DNA from: Antedon mediterranea
Lineage: Eukaryota > Animalia > Echinodermata
Reading direction: 5' to 3'
Length of the DNA stretch: 64,000 nucleotides
Assembly: GCF_964355755.1 (NCBI RefSeq)
Contig: NC_092675.1
Span: 24,772,912-24,836,911, forward strand
The notes under the pieces are model-generated. The model saw only the letters and a program-made list of their open reading frames with translations, searched no databases and was not told where the DNA came from. Shown piece by piece: positions 45,801 to 58,601 of the stretch (the stretch's first letter is position 1; each line of letters opens with the position of its first letter). The translations under genes were made by a program, and so were the position numbers.

Positions 45801-48682
45801 ATCTATTGTTATTTTTATCTTTCAGGAGACCCAGTAGAATTTCTGTCTTGGTTTTTGAACACGCTTCATATTGCATTAAATGGGACCAAAAAGAAGAGCA
45901 GTAGCATTATTTACCAAGTGTTTCAGGGTTCTATGAAGATATTCTCACGTAAGGTTTTACCAGTAGATATAACAGAAAAAGATAAGGAAGAGTGTTTAAA
46001 GAAAGAGGAATACAAAGGTAGGTTTTCGTCTTGATTAGGAAAAGGCTCACAGAAATGAGCACTGCAGTAGGTATAGCTTATTCTAGGTGTATGTGTGTAT
46101 TATTAGGAGCACTGCAGTAGGTATAGCTTATTCTAGGTGTATGTGTGTATTATTAGGAGCACTGCAGTAGGTATAGCTTATTCTAGGTGTATGTGTGTAT
46201 TATTAGGAGCACTGCAGTAGGTATAGCTTATTCTAGGTGTATGTGTGTATTATTAGGAGCACTGCAGTTAGGTATAGCTTATTCTAGGTGTATGTGTGTA
46301 TTATTAGGAGCACTGCAGTTAGGTATAGCTTATTCTAGGTGTATGTGTGTATTATTAGGAGCACTGCAGTAGGTATAGCTTATTCTAGGTGTATGTGTGT
46401 ATTATTAGGAGCACTGCAGTAGGTATAGCTTATTCTAGGTGTATGTGTGTATTATTAGGAGGTTAAACCTTTTGTGGCAGAGCATGATGGAGGTTAAATT
46501 TTGACCACACTCCTCCCCTAGTTATTCTAAACATAAATTCTTTTGAGCATAAACTTTGGGCAGTCAACCTGACTACCCTGACCCAAACCCTTGCTGCAAC
46601 AAGTTAGAGCCCTCAGTTTGTCAAAATGGTGTAGTTACTAACAATTAAACTGATATTTATTCTAGTTAAGTCATCCTTAACCTGCAGATTACATAATTAC
46701 TCTAGTTATTTTGTTATGTTGATTATCTTGCATCGATCTTTATTTATAGAGACATCAATAGAATCACCATTCCTGTACTTGATGTTAGATATCCCAAGAG
46801 CTCCTCTGTTTCGGGATGAGTTAGAACAAAACATTATTCCACAGATTCCTTTGGCAACACTTATGGCTAAATTTGATGGCACCACAGAAAAGGTAAAGAC
46901 AATTCAGATAAGATAAAATTTAATCCTTACTTACTCAAACATAACACAGTAAATATTGATGTTAAACTACAGTGTAAAAAAAAAGGTCCTGCTTTAGTGG
47001 TATACCAAGTAGTAGCGACTCATCTACCTCACCAACTAACATAAATTTTGTTTAAACAAAGTTTAAAAAAACAAGACTACAAATTATTATATACTAAAGC
47101 AGTTATTTGTTTTCAGGAATACAAGACATATAAAGACTCTACCATTAAAAGATTTGAGCTTACCAGGTTACCTCCGTACCTTATACTTTGTCTCAAACGT
47201 TTCAACAAAAATACGTTTTTTGTAGAGAAGAATCGAACCATTGTTAATTTTCCAGTCAAGTAAGTGAATCAAATTGTTATTTGTTCTAGCCAGGTGCAGA
47301 TCCAGCATTATAGATTAGGGGGGCGGGGCGCGGCGCTAAATATTTCATAAATGATGAAAACGATCCGTCAGGTTGCAGAAAAATAAAAATAGTCATTATT
47401 TTATTTTAAAAAGTTACATTTTAGGGGGGTGGGGCTAAAGCCTGTTTAGCCCGCGCCTCCTACCTGCAGTCATTAATTAATAAAACCGTTTTACTGATGT
47501 GTCAAAAAAAAAAGATGGTACCACTTTATGTCATATTGCTCTCTTAACATGTAACTGATAAAATGTTTTCTATACCTAAATAGGAATATTGATTTAAAAG
47601 AGTATTTATCAGCTGATCCTGCTGTACGTAATGCTCATCCACATACTAGCTATGACCTCATAGCAAACATTGTACATGACGGTGAACCCAACAAAGGCAC
47701 CTATCGTGTCCACATTCTACATAAGGTAATAAGAAATATTTATTTATTAGAAAATAATTTTGTAAATTAAGATAATTTGTAAATAGTTTGAATGAGGGGA
47801 AAATTTTCCCTTACTCCAAAACAACAAAAAAACCATTCAAATAAAAAATGTTCCAACATGTAACAGAGCATGTCAGCAAACTTTATGTTTGTACCAATGT
47901 AAAAATCATGTACACATTCATTTCATCTAATCTAAAGCTCTGCCTACACTATCAAAATTTATGTGAATGTGATGTGCACATATATGGACATGATGATGTC
48001 ATATCACTACCATATTTGGGAATTTCAATACCATTATTTGGGCACATCACACTTTTTTTGGTCCAACTAGTTTGATAGTGTAGACAGAGCTTAAGGTCGC
48101 AGATTATTACATATTTTGCCCTACGAAAGTAGTTGTTTTAAGTATTCAAAAACCTCTCAATCTACAACTGAAATTAAAGGTACTGTTATAAAGAGATTTT
48201 AATGTTTTGTACAATCATCAGGGAACTGGAAAGTGGAACGAGATTCAAGATCTGCATGTGTCTGATATTCTGCCACAAATGATTGCCCTGTCTGAGGCCT
48301 ATATTCAAGTAAGTTGTAGTCAACAGAGTTCAACCCAATTGACATAAAAAATAATTGTACCATACAACTACTGATTTTGCTCATAAATTTTCATGCTCTA
48401 CTTGATAGATTCCGTGAATAATTTAGGAACTCTCGGAATAATTCTTGAGAATATCAAATGTAAAATATGGATTACTGAGCAGCCAATGACATTTTTATTT
48501 GAAAAATAAAGCTGGGGGAACAAAAATGTGTGGAATAGTCATTTTTGAATTTGATCTTACCTAATAATTTTAAAACTAAATATTTATTGTGTATTTGAAA
48601 ATGTAGTAGATAAAAATATTTAATCAATGGTTTTTTTTTGTAGATTTGGGAATTAAAAAAAGAAGCACAAACCAAAACATGA
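39884..48682 (+). CDS. USP39: U4/U6.U5 tri-snRNP-associated protein 2 (USP39/Sad1, pseudo-DUB), 12 exons
   Basis: CPYLDTINR, LLDFDFEKLCSVSLSHLNVYACLVCGKYFQGRG, FYCLPDNYEIIDSSLDDIK, YLPGIVGLNNIKANDY (Asp at the catalytic Cys position), FGELMRKMWNPRNFKAHVSPHE, NIIPQIPL, RFNKNTFFVEKN, YDLIANIVHDG, QDLHVSDILPQMI. Confidence 0.97.
41169..41508. mobile_element. MITE with ~55-bp TIRs and internal TGACGCAC repeats
   Basis: atgcacttgtcaattgtatgacccactatacgacccccgggaga and its exact reverse complement at the right end. Confidence 0.88.
41742..41772. mobile_element. 31-bp palindromic insertion with 7-bp TSD (P-element-like footprint)
   Basis: ggcctac|catagagatattatactataatatttctatg|ggcctac. Confidence 0.7.
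43490..43610. mobile_element. Harbinger-like MITE family A fragment
   Basis: aactttatgtgacaaaaagtgtgatatgcccaaat...catcacaatttttgt. Confidence 0.7.
43622..44410 (+). repeat. 49-bp x16 tandem repeat made of the USP39 intron 5/exon 6 junction
   Basis: Unit tt(g/c)tccattcctatAG|GCTTTATCAAATGTGACACCCTTACAACTGTAC (ALSNVTPLQLY). Exon starts recur every 49 bp from 43643 to 44378. Confidence 0.95.
44641..44930 (-). mobile_element. Older Deu/Nin-like SINE copy, head interrupted by a LINE
   Basis: Shares ctactcgtctc..aagatgtacta, ttatagtc and ctaccaccagaaccatggag.gagtgagcctc with the 23.7-kb SINE. The head remainder resumes at about 45711-45745. Confidence 0.7.
44930..45713 (+). mobile_element. 5'-truncated LINE (Rex1/Babar-like ORF2 3' end)
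   Basis: WCCNNNLKLNIKKTKEMQIDFRK, EYKYLGCIIDNKLNW, KANQRMFILRK, DETHPLH, RFRCSFVPNAI; aataaa followed by a (gactat)3 tail. Confidence 0.88.
46057..46461. repeat. 50-bp x8 intronic minisatellite
   Basis: gagcactgcagtaggtatagcttattctaggtgtatgtgtgtattattag. Confidence 0.95.
47936..48091. mobile_element. Harbinger-like MITE family A, complete copy
   Basis: taa|agctctgcctacactatcaaa...tttgatagtgtagacagagct|taa. Other copies at about 32510, 43490, 50655 and 52773-53100. Confidence 0.85.
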
Positions 48683-49657
48683 TTGTAAATATTGGGATAC
48701 ATTTGGATTCAATGGATAGCTACTGATTCTGCTACTGTAATAGTCATTTAATTTTTAGTTGTTAATCTAGTTTTGTATTTTAATAATGCTTTAATTACTT
48801 TTTGACTGTAATTTGGCATTGTATATTTTTCACCATCCTATATAACACAGCAAGTAAATTAATTGTAAGATAATTTTTTTTTGGCACCTATGATCTTGCA
48901 TTACACAATTCAAATAATTACTGTATTGAGAGTACAACTATGTATATCCGATTGCCTTGCAAACACGTATAACATTATTTAGTTTTTACTCATTTATATA
49001 TTGTAGGCACTGTTGCTGAGTAGTTTCATTTTGCCTGAAATGTATACAAAAATGATGTATGAATACCATTTAAAATCCTATGTTAAAAAGCTATTAATAA
49101 ACAGTGAACTTAGTCTCTCTTCACTCGCCATATTACCAACAGCAAAATGCAGTGATGATTTTATCCTGGCAATCCTCTATTAACTGCAAAGATCTTCTAT
49201 TTCTAACCTTTGTTTTATAGCAACTTCCTGTTGCTAATGGGTAGAAGTTCAGGGGAGGATTGCTTTAAGCGGTCTATAAACGGTCTTAGTGCTTAGTCGG
49301 CCATTTACGACTGTTTTATAGCAATCCGCCACAGGACGAGTTAAAATGCTTTTACCATGGAGGATATTTTTCCTCCATACTTTTACATATTGCATGGAAG
49401 TTGCTGTTAAGTTCATATAGAACTTGGGATGATCTTGCATGCATTTGTTTATATTGTTTATTCTTTACTGTGCAAATTATCCAGTTAATAATGTATAACA
49501 CATTAGTTGATAGTTAAATATTTCATTGTGTTTGAATGCATTAGAAAACTGTCAATACAAGTTCACAAATCTCTTGTAATATATTTCTAGAAAATGAAAT
49601 TGTCTGTGTTTTTGTTATTGCAAACAAATCATTACAATAGAACAATAAATCCACTAA

Positions 49658-49811
49658 AGTTTGGTTCCCACTAGGATGCAACGCAAGGAAGTAAAAGCAA
49701 CGCAAGCGTCTTAACCAATGACAAGCGACAGTTCAAATAATCCATCGCTTGTGATTGGTCAACTCACGTTGCGTGTATGTCCTTGAGTTGTGTCCTAGTG
49801 GGAACCAAGCT
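49658..49811. mobile_element. Harbinger-like MITE
   Basis: taa|agtttggttcccactagga...tcctagtgggaaccaagct|taa; a related end lies at about 58839. Confidence 0.85.
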
Positions 49812-49891
49812 TAATAATAATAGACACCATGTAAATTAGATTACAATACTCTACTACAGTATATTTGATCCACTATAAGAGAGAGTATTGA

Positions 49892-50088
49892 AGACCAATT
49901 CACACAGACGGTAACGGTAAGTAGAAAACCGTGTGCTTGGCCCATGTAGAATCTGTATTTATCCTGAGCAGGTTTCCAATCAACCTCCCGTCCCTTCCAC
50001 GTTTTGTATAAATGGTCATAAGAATAATATTATATATTATATTTCTGTTTTCCGCTTACCGTTAATGTTCGTATGTGTAAATTGGCCT
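49892..50088. mobile_element. Degenerate Harbinger-like MITE
   Basis: agaccaattcacaca..cggtaacggtaag / cttaccgtt..tgtgtaaattggcct inverted ends. Confidence 0.6.
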
Positions 50089-50921
50089 AGGAGCACGTTT
50101 TATAACCGCATATACTGCGTGTAGTACCCATAACAGGCACTTGTGGCGCTCCATACAATATCGCGTCCAAACTTTGTTTGTTGACACGATACCACCGCTC
50201 TGCACCGTTCGCTAAGCATCACCACCGACAAGCCGCTTTTTATTTCCCAAAAATGTAAGTTTGGGGTAGAATTTGCATCATTATAATGTAGTAGTAGGCT
50301 ACGCGAGGTAGTGTGACCACTATTAGGTCTATTTTTATTAGTAGGTAGGGCCTAGGCATACCCTTAGGGCCTTAGTCTAGACTAGAGCCTACCAACCACT
50401 TCACTGGTCCAGGCCAGTTGAGCTAGTCCTAGGCTAAACCAGATTCGCTAAACCATCTCGGTGGTCAGGCGTCAACTCCAGACTCTAGTCAACTCGTCCC
50501 AAAAAGTATGGAATGCCATAAGTGCAAATAAAAAATCGATAAAGTATAGGACATCTACTACTACTACTCGCCATTCTAGAAAATGTTTCCCAATCAATGT
50601 TAGAGTAGTAGGCCAGATGCTTGAGTCTTGTTTCATCCCAAAATACAATATTTGTTACAAAAAAGGTGTGATCTGCCCAAATATGGTATTGGTATGATAT
50701 CATGTCGATATATGAGAACATCACATTTTTTGTCATATTAAGTTTGATGAGAAAATGTTAATAATTAATTGTAAAATATTTATTTTACAATATTATTAGG
50801 CCTAGTAAAAGAATACTTTTTGCCACACTGGTGTTAGGTAAAATTACGTTTTACTGAAGCAAAGAAAAACATATTTTGAAAATTGTGTAGTTCATAATTT
50901 GGTTTTTTTTTACATTAACAG

Positions 50922-53900
50922 ATGAACTCCATATGGGATCGCTCAACAACAAACAATGGTATACCATATTTCATAAAGTAAGTACAAAGCGTTCAAAAAA
51001 TGGTCAATCAACTGATATTGAAATGAAATGCTTACAGTGGCTCATTTAGTTCACAACAATATAATATTTTGCTATTAATCAATACAAAAAATATATTTTG
51101 AAATTATTTTACAAATTATTTTTGTTCTACCAAGTATTCAGTTTTTTATTTCAGTGTATACAATACACAGTTCCAGCATTTACAATTGAAATTTGTTTTA
51201 TTGATGAGTGTGGATTACCAATTTCAATTTGATTTTCAGTCACTCTACTGAGCAAACTCAATGGGATCATCCAGATTTAGTGAAAGCCATGGATCATTTG
51301 GGTAAGTAATTTTTTTTTTTCTCAGGTTTTTAAAATCTTTAATTAAGTATTGTTTGGTGTGTTATTATTATTATGTTTTATTCATGTTCAGAGGAACTTG
51401 GCGGAATTCGATTTGCTGCTTACCGTACTGCGATGAAGCTACGAATGCTACAAAAAGAATTGTGTTGTAAGTAACTTAATACTACTACTGTTAAATGTTA
51501 TTAAACAGCAAATACATAGCATTTAATCATCAAGACCATCAATATAATCTCTAAAACAATATCATCATTTCCATGGTATTCACAATTATCATTTTTATAT
51601 TAACTTTTCCACATTTTTTAACTCAAAATACTGAAAACTAATGTGATGGCATGTATTTGCATTTTAATTAATACGTTTTACTAATACTGTTACAAATAAT
51701 GAATGTTTATGAGTGCGATGGTACTGAACAAATAATTTCATGGGGTGAAAGTTGGAATTTAATATTGCACCGAATGAAATTATTTGTTTTATAACACACT
51801 AGCTACCTATTAATTTATGTCAACAACTGAAATATATTCATAGGCAAAATATATTTTTGTGCGTTATAATATGCCATACCATACCATAGTTTTATTGTTT
51901 ATTTCATATAATAATTGTAGTGCATTATGTGGAAATGCGTTATATTTATTATCGTATGTCATACCATACCATAGTTTTATTATTTTATTTCATATAATAA
52001 TTGTAGGGCATTATGTGGAAATGCGTTATATTTATTATCGTATGTCATACCATACCATAGTTTTATCATTTATTTCATATATAATAATTATAGTGCATTA
52101 TGTGGAAATGCGTTTTATTCGCATTGCCTTTGATCAGTATGGCTTTCGGCAAATTAATAACACTGTGATGGATGTAGTACAGCTTTACAATATTATCTAT
52201 GATATTTTCACAATGTGTCGTGACAGAGGACACCCAGATGTAAGAGTTGACCACTGCACTGATCTTCTGCTTAACTGGATTCTAAACCTTTATGACAGGT
52301 ATTCTACAAACTATTGTGTTTAAAGTGTCTAGGAACACCAATTATGAAATTTCAATTTCACGTTTTCATGTATAGCTGTGTTTAAGGTCTACACTATAGT
52401 CAGTAAAAACCTTCTAATTTAATTGATCCACATTAGGTCTAGGACTGGATGTCTTCGAGTGATCTCTGTGAAAATTGGAATTGTCTGTTTGTGTGCTGCA
52501 CGTATTACTGAAAAGTATAAATGTAAGTACTATAAATCAACTACAACCTATAAAATCTTTTTCCATTTAATATCTGTTTGGAGATCATGTGAATTCATTT
52601 TTAGATAATAGTGCATAAGTTATTTCTCAGTTGCATGTTTGTACTGAAAAGACCTGTGTGTTCCGCCATACCATGAGAGTGTTAAAATATTGCTATCCAG
52701 TCAGACTTGATCATACATGAAAGTCCCTGTGATCTAATAGTGGGATGTCTGTAATATCAGCAAGTTTTGTTTTTACACTATCAAACTTTATGTGACAAAA
52801 AAACGTGATGTGCCCATATATGGCATATCACTACCATATTTGGTCATATCACGACCATATTTGGGCATATCACTACCATATTTGGGCTTTATATTTTTTT
52901 CGTACTTTGCTGAGTGGGTTAGAATTTGTATTGTTTCATTTAGAATGTATTATAATATTATTTAAAGCTATGTTTACACTATCAAACTAGTTTTACAAAA
53001 AAGGTGTGATCTGCCCAAATATGGTAGTGGTATGATATCATGTCGATATATGAAAACATCACATTTTTTGTCATATTAAGTTTGATAGTGAGACAAGGCT
53101 TGACACTTGATAATGATTTGTTTACAAACTATTTTTTCCAGATTTCTTTGAACAGATAAGTGACAAGACAGGACATGTTACCCGTAAATCATTGAATATA
53201 CTTTTACAAGACATGATGGAGGTAAATTTACATTTGATTTAAATGATCATTTTAAATTTAAAATATGCACATTGTTGTAATTATATAGATTTAAAGGTAT
53301 ATAGGAATTATAAACCACCCAGTGATATACTGGATAATATTTTATAAACTATGAGGAAATCGATTAGAATGACCTGCATCAATTGAGATTCGAAACTGGA
53401 ATCTTCGGCTTGATATTCAGATGTCTTACATCACAATCCCCTTCATATCTTTCTGACCTTCTTCCTGTTCACATACCTCCCCGTCGCCTTCGCTCATCTT
53501 CCAAAAATCTCCTTTCCATTCTGACTTTTAACACTAAAACGTATGGTCTAAGCACCTTTACTCCTGCTGCCTCTTGCTTATGGAATGACCCACCCGCCTC
53601 TATTAGATCATGCTTTTCTACTATCGCCTTTAAATCTGCCTTAAAACCTCATCTTTTTCTTTCAAATTGAGCTCTCTCATACTTCGATCACTTTGATCAC
53701 TTACTGCTGGAATTTGCGCATTACAAGTTTGCATTGTATTTTCAAAACAAATCTTTACTGTAGTTATGCCTTTTCTGGTATTTGTGCTTTAAAGTCTGTC
53801 TTCACACAAGTAGTTTCTAGTAATACATATTGCAATAATACAATATTAAGATTTTGTAACACATTATTTTCATTATATTGTTTACTATTTGTGTTGATCA

Positions 53901-56900
53901 GATTACTAATGTAATTGTTGAAAGTGAAGCTTTTGGCAAAAACATCTTGGCTGCAGTGGAAAATTGCTTTTCAAATGTAAGTATATGTTAGATAAATCAT
54001 GAATGATTTCACCAAACTTTCAAGTTAATATAACGATTGTAAGGCATTTGATGAATAGGCAGACGAGAAGCCCTCCACATCACGTGGAGTAAACGTTCCT
54101 TGAACAAACAAATCTATAACTTAGGTGTCACGCTTGCCATTATGATTGTTTGTTGCCTATGTTCCTTGTTGTTTTATCATGCTAATTACTTCCTCACTTA
54201 CATACAACCTGTCCTATTGGTATATAAGTACTCTAGGCATTGTTTTCTGTTCTGATTATGAGAATAGTTTCTTGAAACATGTCAAGACATTTTAAGGGAG
54301 TTTGCCTATTTATCAAATGCCTCACAATCATTATTTTAACTCGTATATGTATAGTAGGTTTAGCTCCTAAATATCAACAAGTGGTCAACTTCATCTACTC
54401 AGATTTGTACTTTGTCCCATAGTTAGGGGAAAAAAGATCCTATATTGTTTGATGTTGTATCGATTAATACTGATGAATGAGGTTCTGTTGTCCACGTTAA
54501 AATGTAAGGATGACTCTTAAACAGCACGTTTTCAGTAATTCTATAAATTACAAAAAGTAGTGTATTGTCAATTGTGGACAAATTTCACTCAACCAGTCAT
54601 CTTGTCTGTTTCGTAAACTCACTACACATTAATTCTTTTTGTAGAACTTTGGAAATACAGTTGATTCGCAGCACTTTATGTCTTGGATGTTGGCGGAACC
54701 ACAGACCATCGTATGGCTTCCTACATTGCATCGCCTTTCTGCATCTGAAACAAGTGGGTTGTTATGTTAGGAATAGGGTTACCCTGTATATTTAAGTTAT
54801 GATTTTATCTAAAACATTCCCAAAAGAGGTAAAAATAAATATAAATAATTTAATGCATCCTTTCCAATAGAAAAATATTCTATTTAAAAAAAAAATCTTC
54901 TATTAACCAGTGGTCATCAAGGGTTGTTCCACACTATTGTAATGTTATTATTTAGTCTAACTGTGTATTAACTAAAGCCAACGTTTACAAGTTCTTCAAA
55001 ATTAAGCGGAAGGAATAATATGTGGGGCATCATGGGATATCCCAAGTAATAAAGGCAGAAACCAACTTAATTCGAAAACATTATATGTTATTATTAATAT
55101 TATTGTTTTTTCTTATCCAAATTTCTATTTTTCTTAATTTCAGTTAAGCACCAATCAAAATGTTGCATCTGCAAGGCTTACCCAATTGTTGGCTTGCGTT
55201 ATAAATGCCTCAAATGTATAAACTTTGACCTTTGTCAAGAATGTTTTTTTACTGGACGAACAAGCGGTAAACATAAGTATACTCATCCAACACAAGAGTA
55301 TTGTTTGGGGGTCAGTTTTTAATTGATTTCTATATTTTTTAGACTAAATTACAAATTTACTTTATCTTTGTAATTTGTGTGTGTGTGTATTTTTAGATTA
55401 TAATGGTTTTTATTATCATACATAAAAGAATCACAAATGAGTTAATTAATAAATAATAATTAATATACATTTAATACATTTTCCAGTAGTTAATTATTTC
55501 TCTGTAATTTGTTTTTGTTGTTTAGAGTTCGTCTAAGGATGATGCCCGAGCCTTTGGAAAGATTATTCGTAACAAACTGAGCAAAAAACGAGGGAATAAT
55601 ATAAAACAGAAATATTTGTCAATAAATGGTGCAACAGAAGCAGATATTGGATTTGCAGACACTGAACTCAGACCAGATATAGGAACTCACTCAAACATGA
55701 ACAAACTTACCCAAAGGTACAAACACTAAACTTTAGTATAGTGTATATATACTACAGCAATTTAATTGTCAGTGTACAATGTCTTAATGTTGTAGAATGT
55801 ATAGACGTGGTGGAAATTTGGATTAAATGCAGACTTTGTTGATGGAGAGCATCTTGTGTATGTTGAGTAATTGCATCGATCTTACAATATTTTAATTAAT
55901 AATTTAATGAGTGCGCTTAAGACACATCTGCTGTCGGCTGCTTTTGGCAATTTGTTTTGCTAGATACCCACATCACTGAGAACACCTGTGAGTTATGTAC
56001 TGGCTGGTCTATGAACCTTAAATTGCTGGTAAACGGAAGCAGTTATGTGGGTTCGATTGGTCTTGTTTTTATTTCGGTTTTTCTCAAAATTATCAGTTGT
56101 ATTTAGGTTTAAGGTCAAATTGTTTCATGGTTTTCACAAGCGCCTTGAGCACTTTTGTGGATATGTGCGCTGTATAAATCTTATTATTATTATTATTAAT
56201 GATATTACTTATTTATTACTACAATAAATAGTTATATTATTTTTAGGTTAGCTGAAGTAGAAACATTTACACCACCTCTTGCTAAATCAAAGAAGACCTC
56301 ATCATCCAAACTGACCAGTGAAGATGAAAATATACTTGAAAAGGAAAGGCTGCAAAAAGCTATTAACATATTAGAAAGAGAAAATGAGTAAGTTGAAGGT
56401 GAATGCACTGTCATGTTGACAGTGCTGACGGGAGCTGTGGCCGAGTATAAAGTCCGTTCACACAGCACATTTATCCATATCAAGTTGCCTAAAACCACAT
56501 AATGCATTCATTTTAATTACATATAAGCCAAGAAAGTCTGAGTGGAGCTTCCTTTTAATACTGTATACAGTACTGTACTGCTTTAATGTTTGTGTTTGAA
56601 GGGAACTCCTTCAACAGATTGAGGATCGACATTTCATTGGTACTGGAAGTGAGGGTTCATCTGAGTATGACTGGCTTCAGTTACAGCGTGAAGAGATGCT
56701 TGCACGACAAGAGGTCCTTGAGGAACGGAACAAACAGTTGGAATTACAGTTAAGACGTTTGCGTCTAATAACAAAAGTATGTACATCTGTGATCCATTGG
56801 TCATACTTTAAGTGAAATACTTCTCTTAGTTCTCAGCATTTTACTAAAAGGATTTCCGTTTAATGATATACAAAATAGGTTAAGTGATTTCTAATTGAAG

Positions 56901-58601
56901 TTGCAAAGGTGAATATGACCACTGATCTTCAGTTACATTATTAAACAAATTATATGTACTATATATGTGTACTTAGGTACAGTATAATATAACTTATAAT
57001 TAATGACTAAATAAATGTGAATAAATGACATATAAACTCATAAAACATTTACTAAGGCTTATAGATCATATTTGTTATAGGTACAACCAACGTCACTTTC
57101 TCCACAACACCTTGAGAGATTGTCTTTACCATCAACACAACATAGCAGAGTAGCTCCTCCTAGTTTGTCTTCATTCCAGCACACTGACCAAGCATCGCCG
57201 GGGATTGATATGGTTGACAGAGCTGATAAGACACCATTACAATCTACATACAGTCATGTACCTAGTCCTCAATATCAACCTCCAATTATCGCCAATTCAC
57301 TACAACCAAATAGGCGTCGCCCGTTTCATGTACCTAGTCCTCAAGATCAACCTCCAAACCTTGACAATTCACTACAACCAAATAGGCGTCGCCCGTTTCA
57401 TGTACCTAGTCCTCAAGATCAACCTCCAAACCTTGACAATTCACTACAACCAAATAGGCGTCGCCCGTTTCATGTACCTAGTCCTCAAGATCAACCTCCA
57501 AACCTTGACAATTCACTACAACCAAATAGGCGTCGCCCGTTTCATGTACCTAGTCCTCAATATCAACCTCCAAACCTTGACAATTCACTACAACCAAATA
57601 GGCTTCGCCCGTTTCATCTTTCTGACCAATCAGAATTGGTTTTTCCCTCTGCTAATGCTACCAGATTTTATCCATCAGAGGAAGCACAACTTCAGGATTT
57701 GGTTCAAAAGTTAGAGGATGTTTTTCCATTAAATGTCAATCATGGTAAGAGATACTTATCAAATGTTTTTCATTTTGAATTTGAACTTGATAGGATAGGA
57801 ATTCACAAAATGGCACGTATGTCACATGACCTTAGATGCAAGTCTCTTTTCCAGGTTACAAGAATATGGCTTTTACCATGACAAAATCACAAATGAATGA
57901 AACAATAGCAATGAGTGATAAGCAATATATTGCCTATCACGAATATTTTCAAATTTTATCAAAGTTATTTTATAATAGCCTATTGATTTAGACACAAAAC
58001 TGCAGTGTATCTGAAATTATCTCAATTTGATGCATGTTACACCTTTTTTCATAGTGAGTTAGAACTATTCATGGCTATTTTTAAAGGTCAAGTGACTTAT
58101 ATCACAGTTGCAGCATTTTTTGCCACAAATGTGACTCTGCATGCAGCCCATTTCTATCTTTAATATAAACTATGACTTTTTTTGCACTACAACTTTTCTT
58201 CTCAGAATATTCCCAGCATGCTCCTTTAGATTTGACCTCTGACATGGCTGCTGAATATCACCAAGATGGACTAGGTTTGTATTTTTATGCATTCACATTA
58301 ACCACCTGTTTATGACAGTCAATTTCACTCTTCTCTAGTTTCAATTTACATACCATGTACAGTACAATTCTTGCATATAATGATTATTTTTAATTTATTA
58401 TAATTATATCTGAATTATTCAATTGTTATAGAAATATAATTACAAGGAAAAAATTATATTAGTGAAAAATGATTATGTTGATGGTACAATTCTTTTTATT
58501 ATATACTTTTAGGTTCTCGTAGTGACTTGAATAAAATGTTATCTGCTGCCACCCGTGTTGGAAATGCTATGTCTTCATTGGTGTCAAAGGTCACTATATG
58601 A
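50922..58601 (+). CDS. Short dystrophin-family protein (WW + EF-hands + ZZ + coiled coil; dystrotelin/DAH/DRP2-like), about 15 coding exons
   Basis: WW: [28 protein letters not shown] region: [49 protein letters not shown]: [37 protein letters not shown]. Coiled coil: [16 protein letters not shown]. Ends [18 protein letters not shown]. Confidence 0.9.
51870..52116 (+). repeat. 86-87 bp x3 tandem repeat spanning a 3' splice site of the dystrophin-like gene
   Basis: cataccataccatagtttt...atttcatataataatt(g/a)tAG|(t/g)gcattatgtggaaatgcgtt; exon starts at 51921, 52007 and 52094. Confidence 0.9.
53390..53745 (+). mobile_element. L2-type LINE 3' fragment
   Basis: [21 protein letters not shown]...KTYG..F..AASCLWN.PP.SIR...[10 protein letters not shown], followed by a gcgcattacaagtt tail. 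Confidence 0.8.
53994..54342. mobile_element. MITE with long imperfect TIRs
   Basis: gttaatataacgattgtaaggcatttgatgaataggca / tgcctatttatcaaatgcctcacaatcattattttaac. Confidence 0.75.
57255..57617 (+). repeat. 72-bp x5 coding repeat (24 aa, HVPSPQ(D/Y)[17 protein letters not shown])
   Basis: In-frame repeat within exon 57081-57744. Confidence 0.95.
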
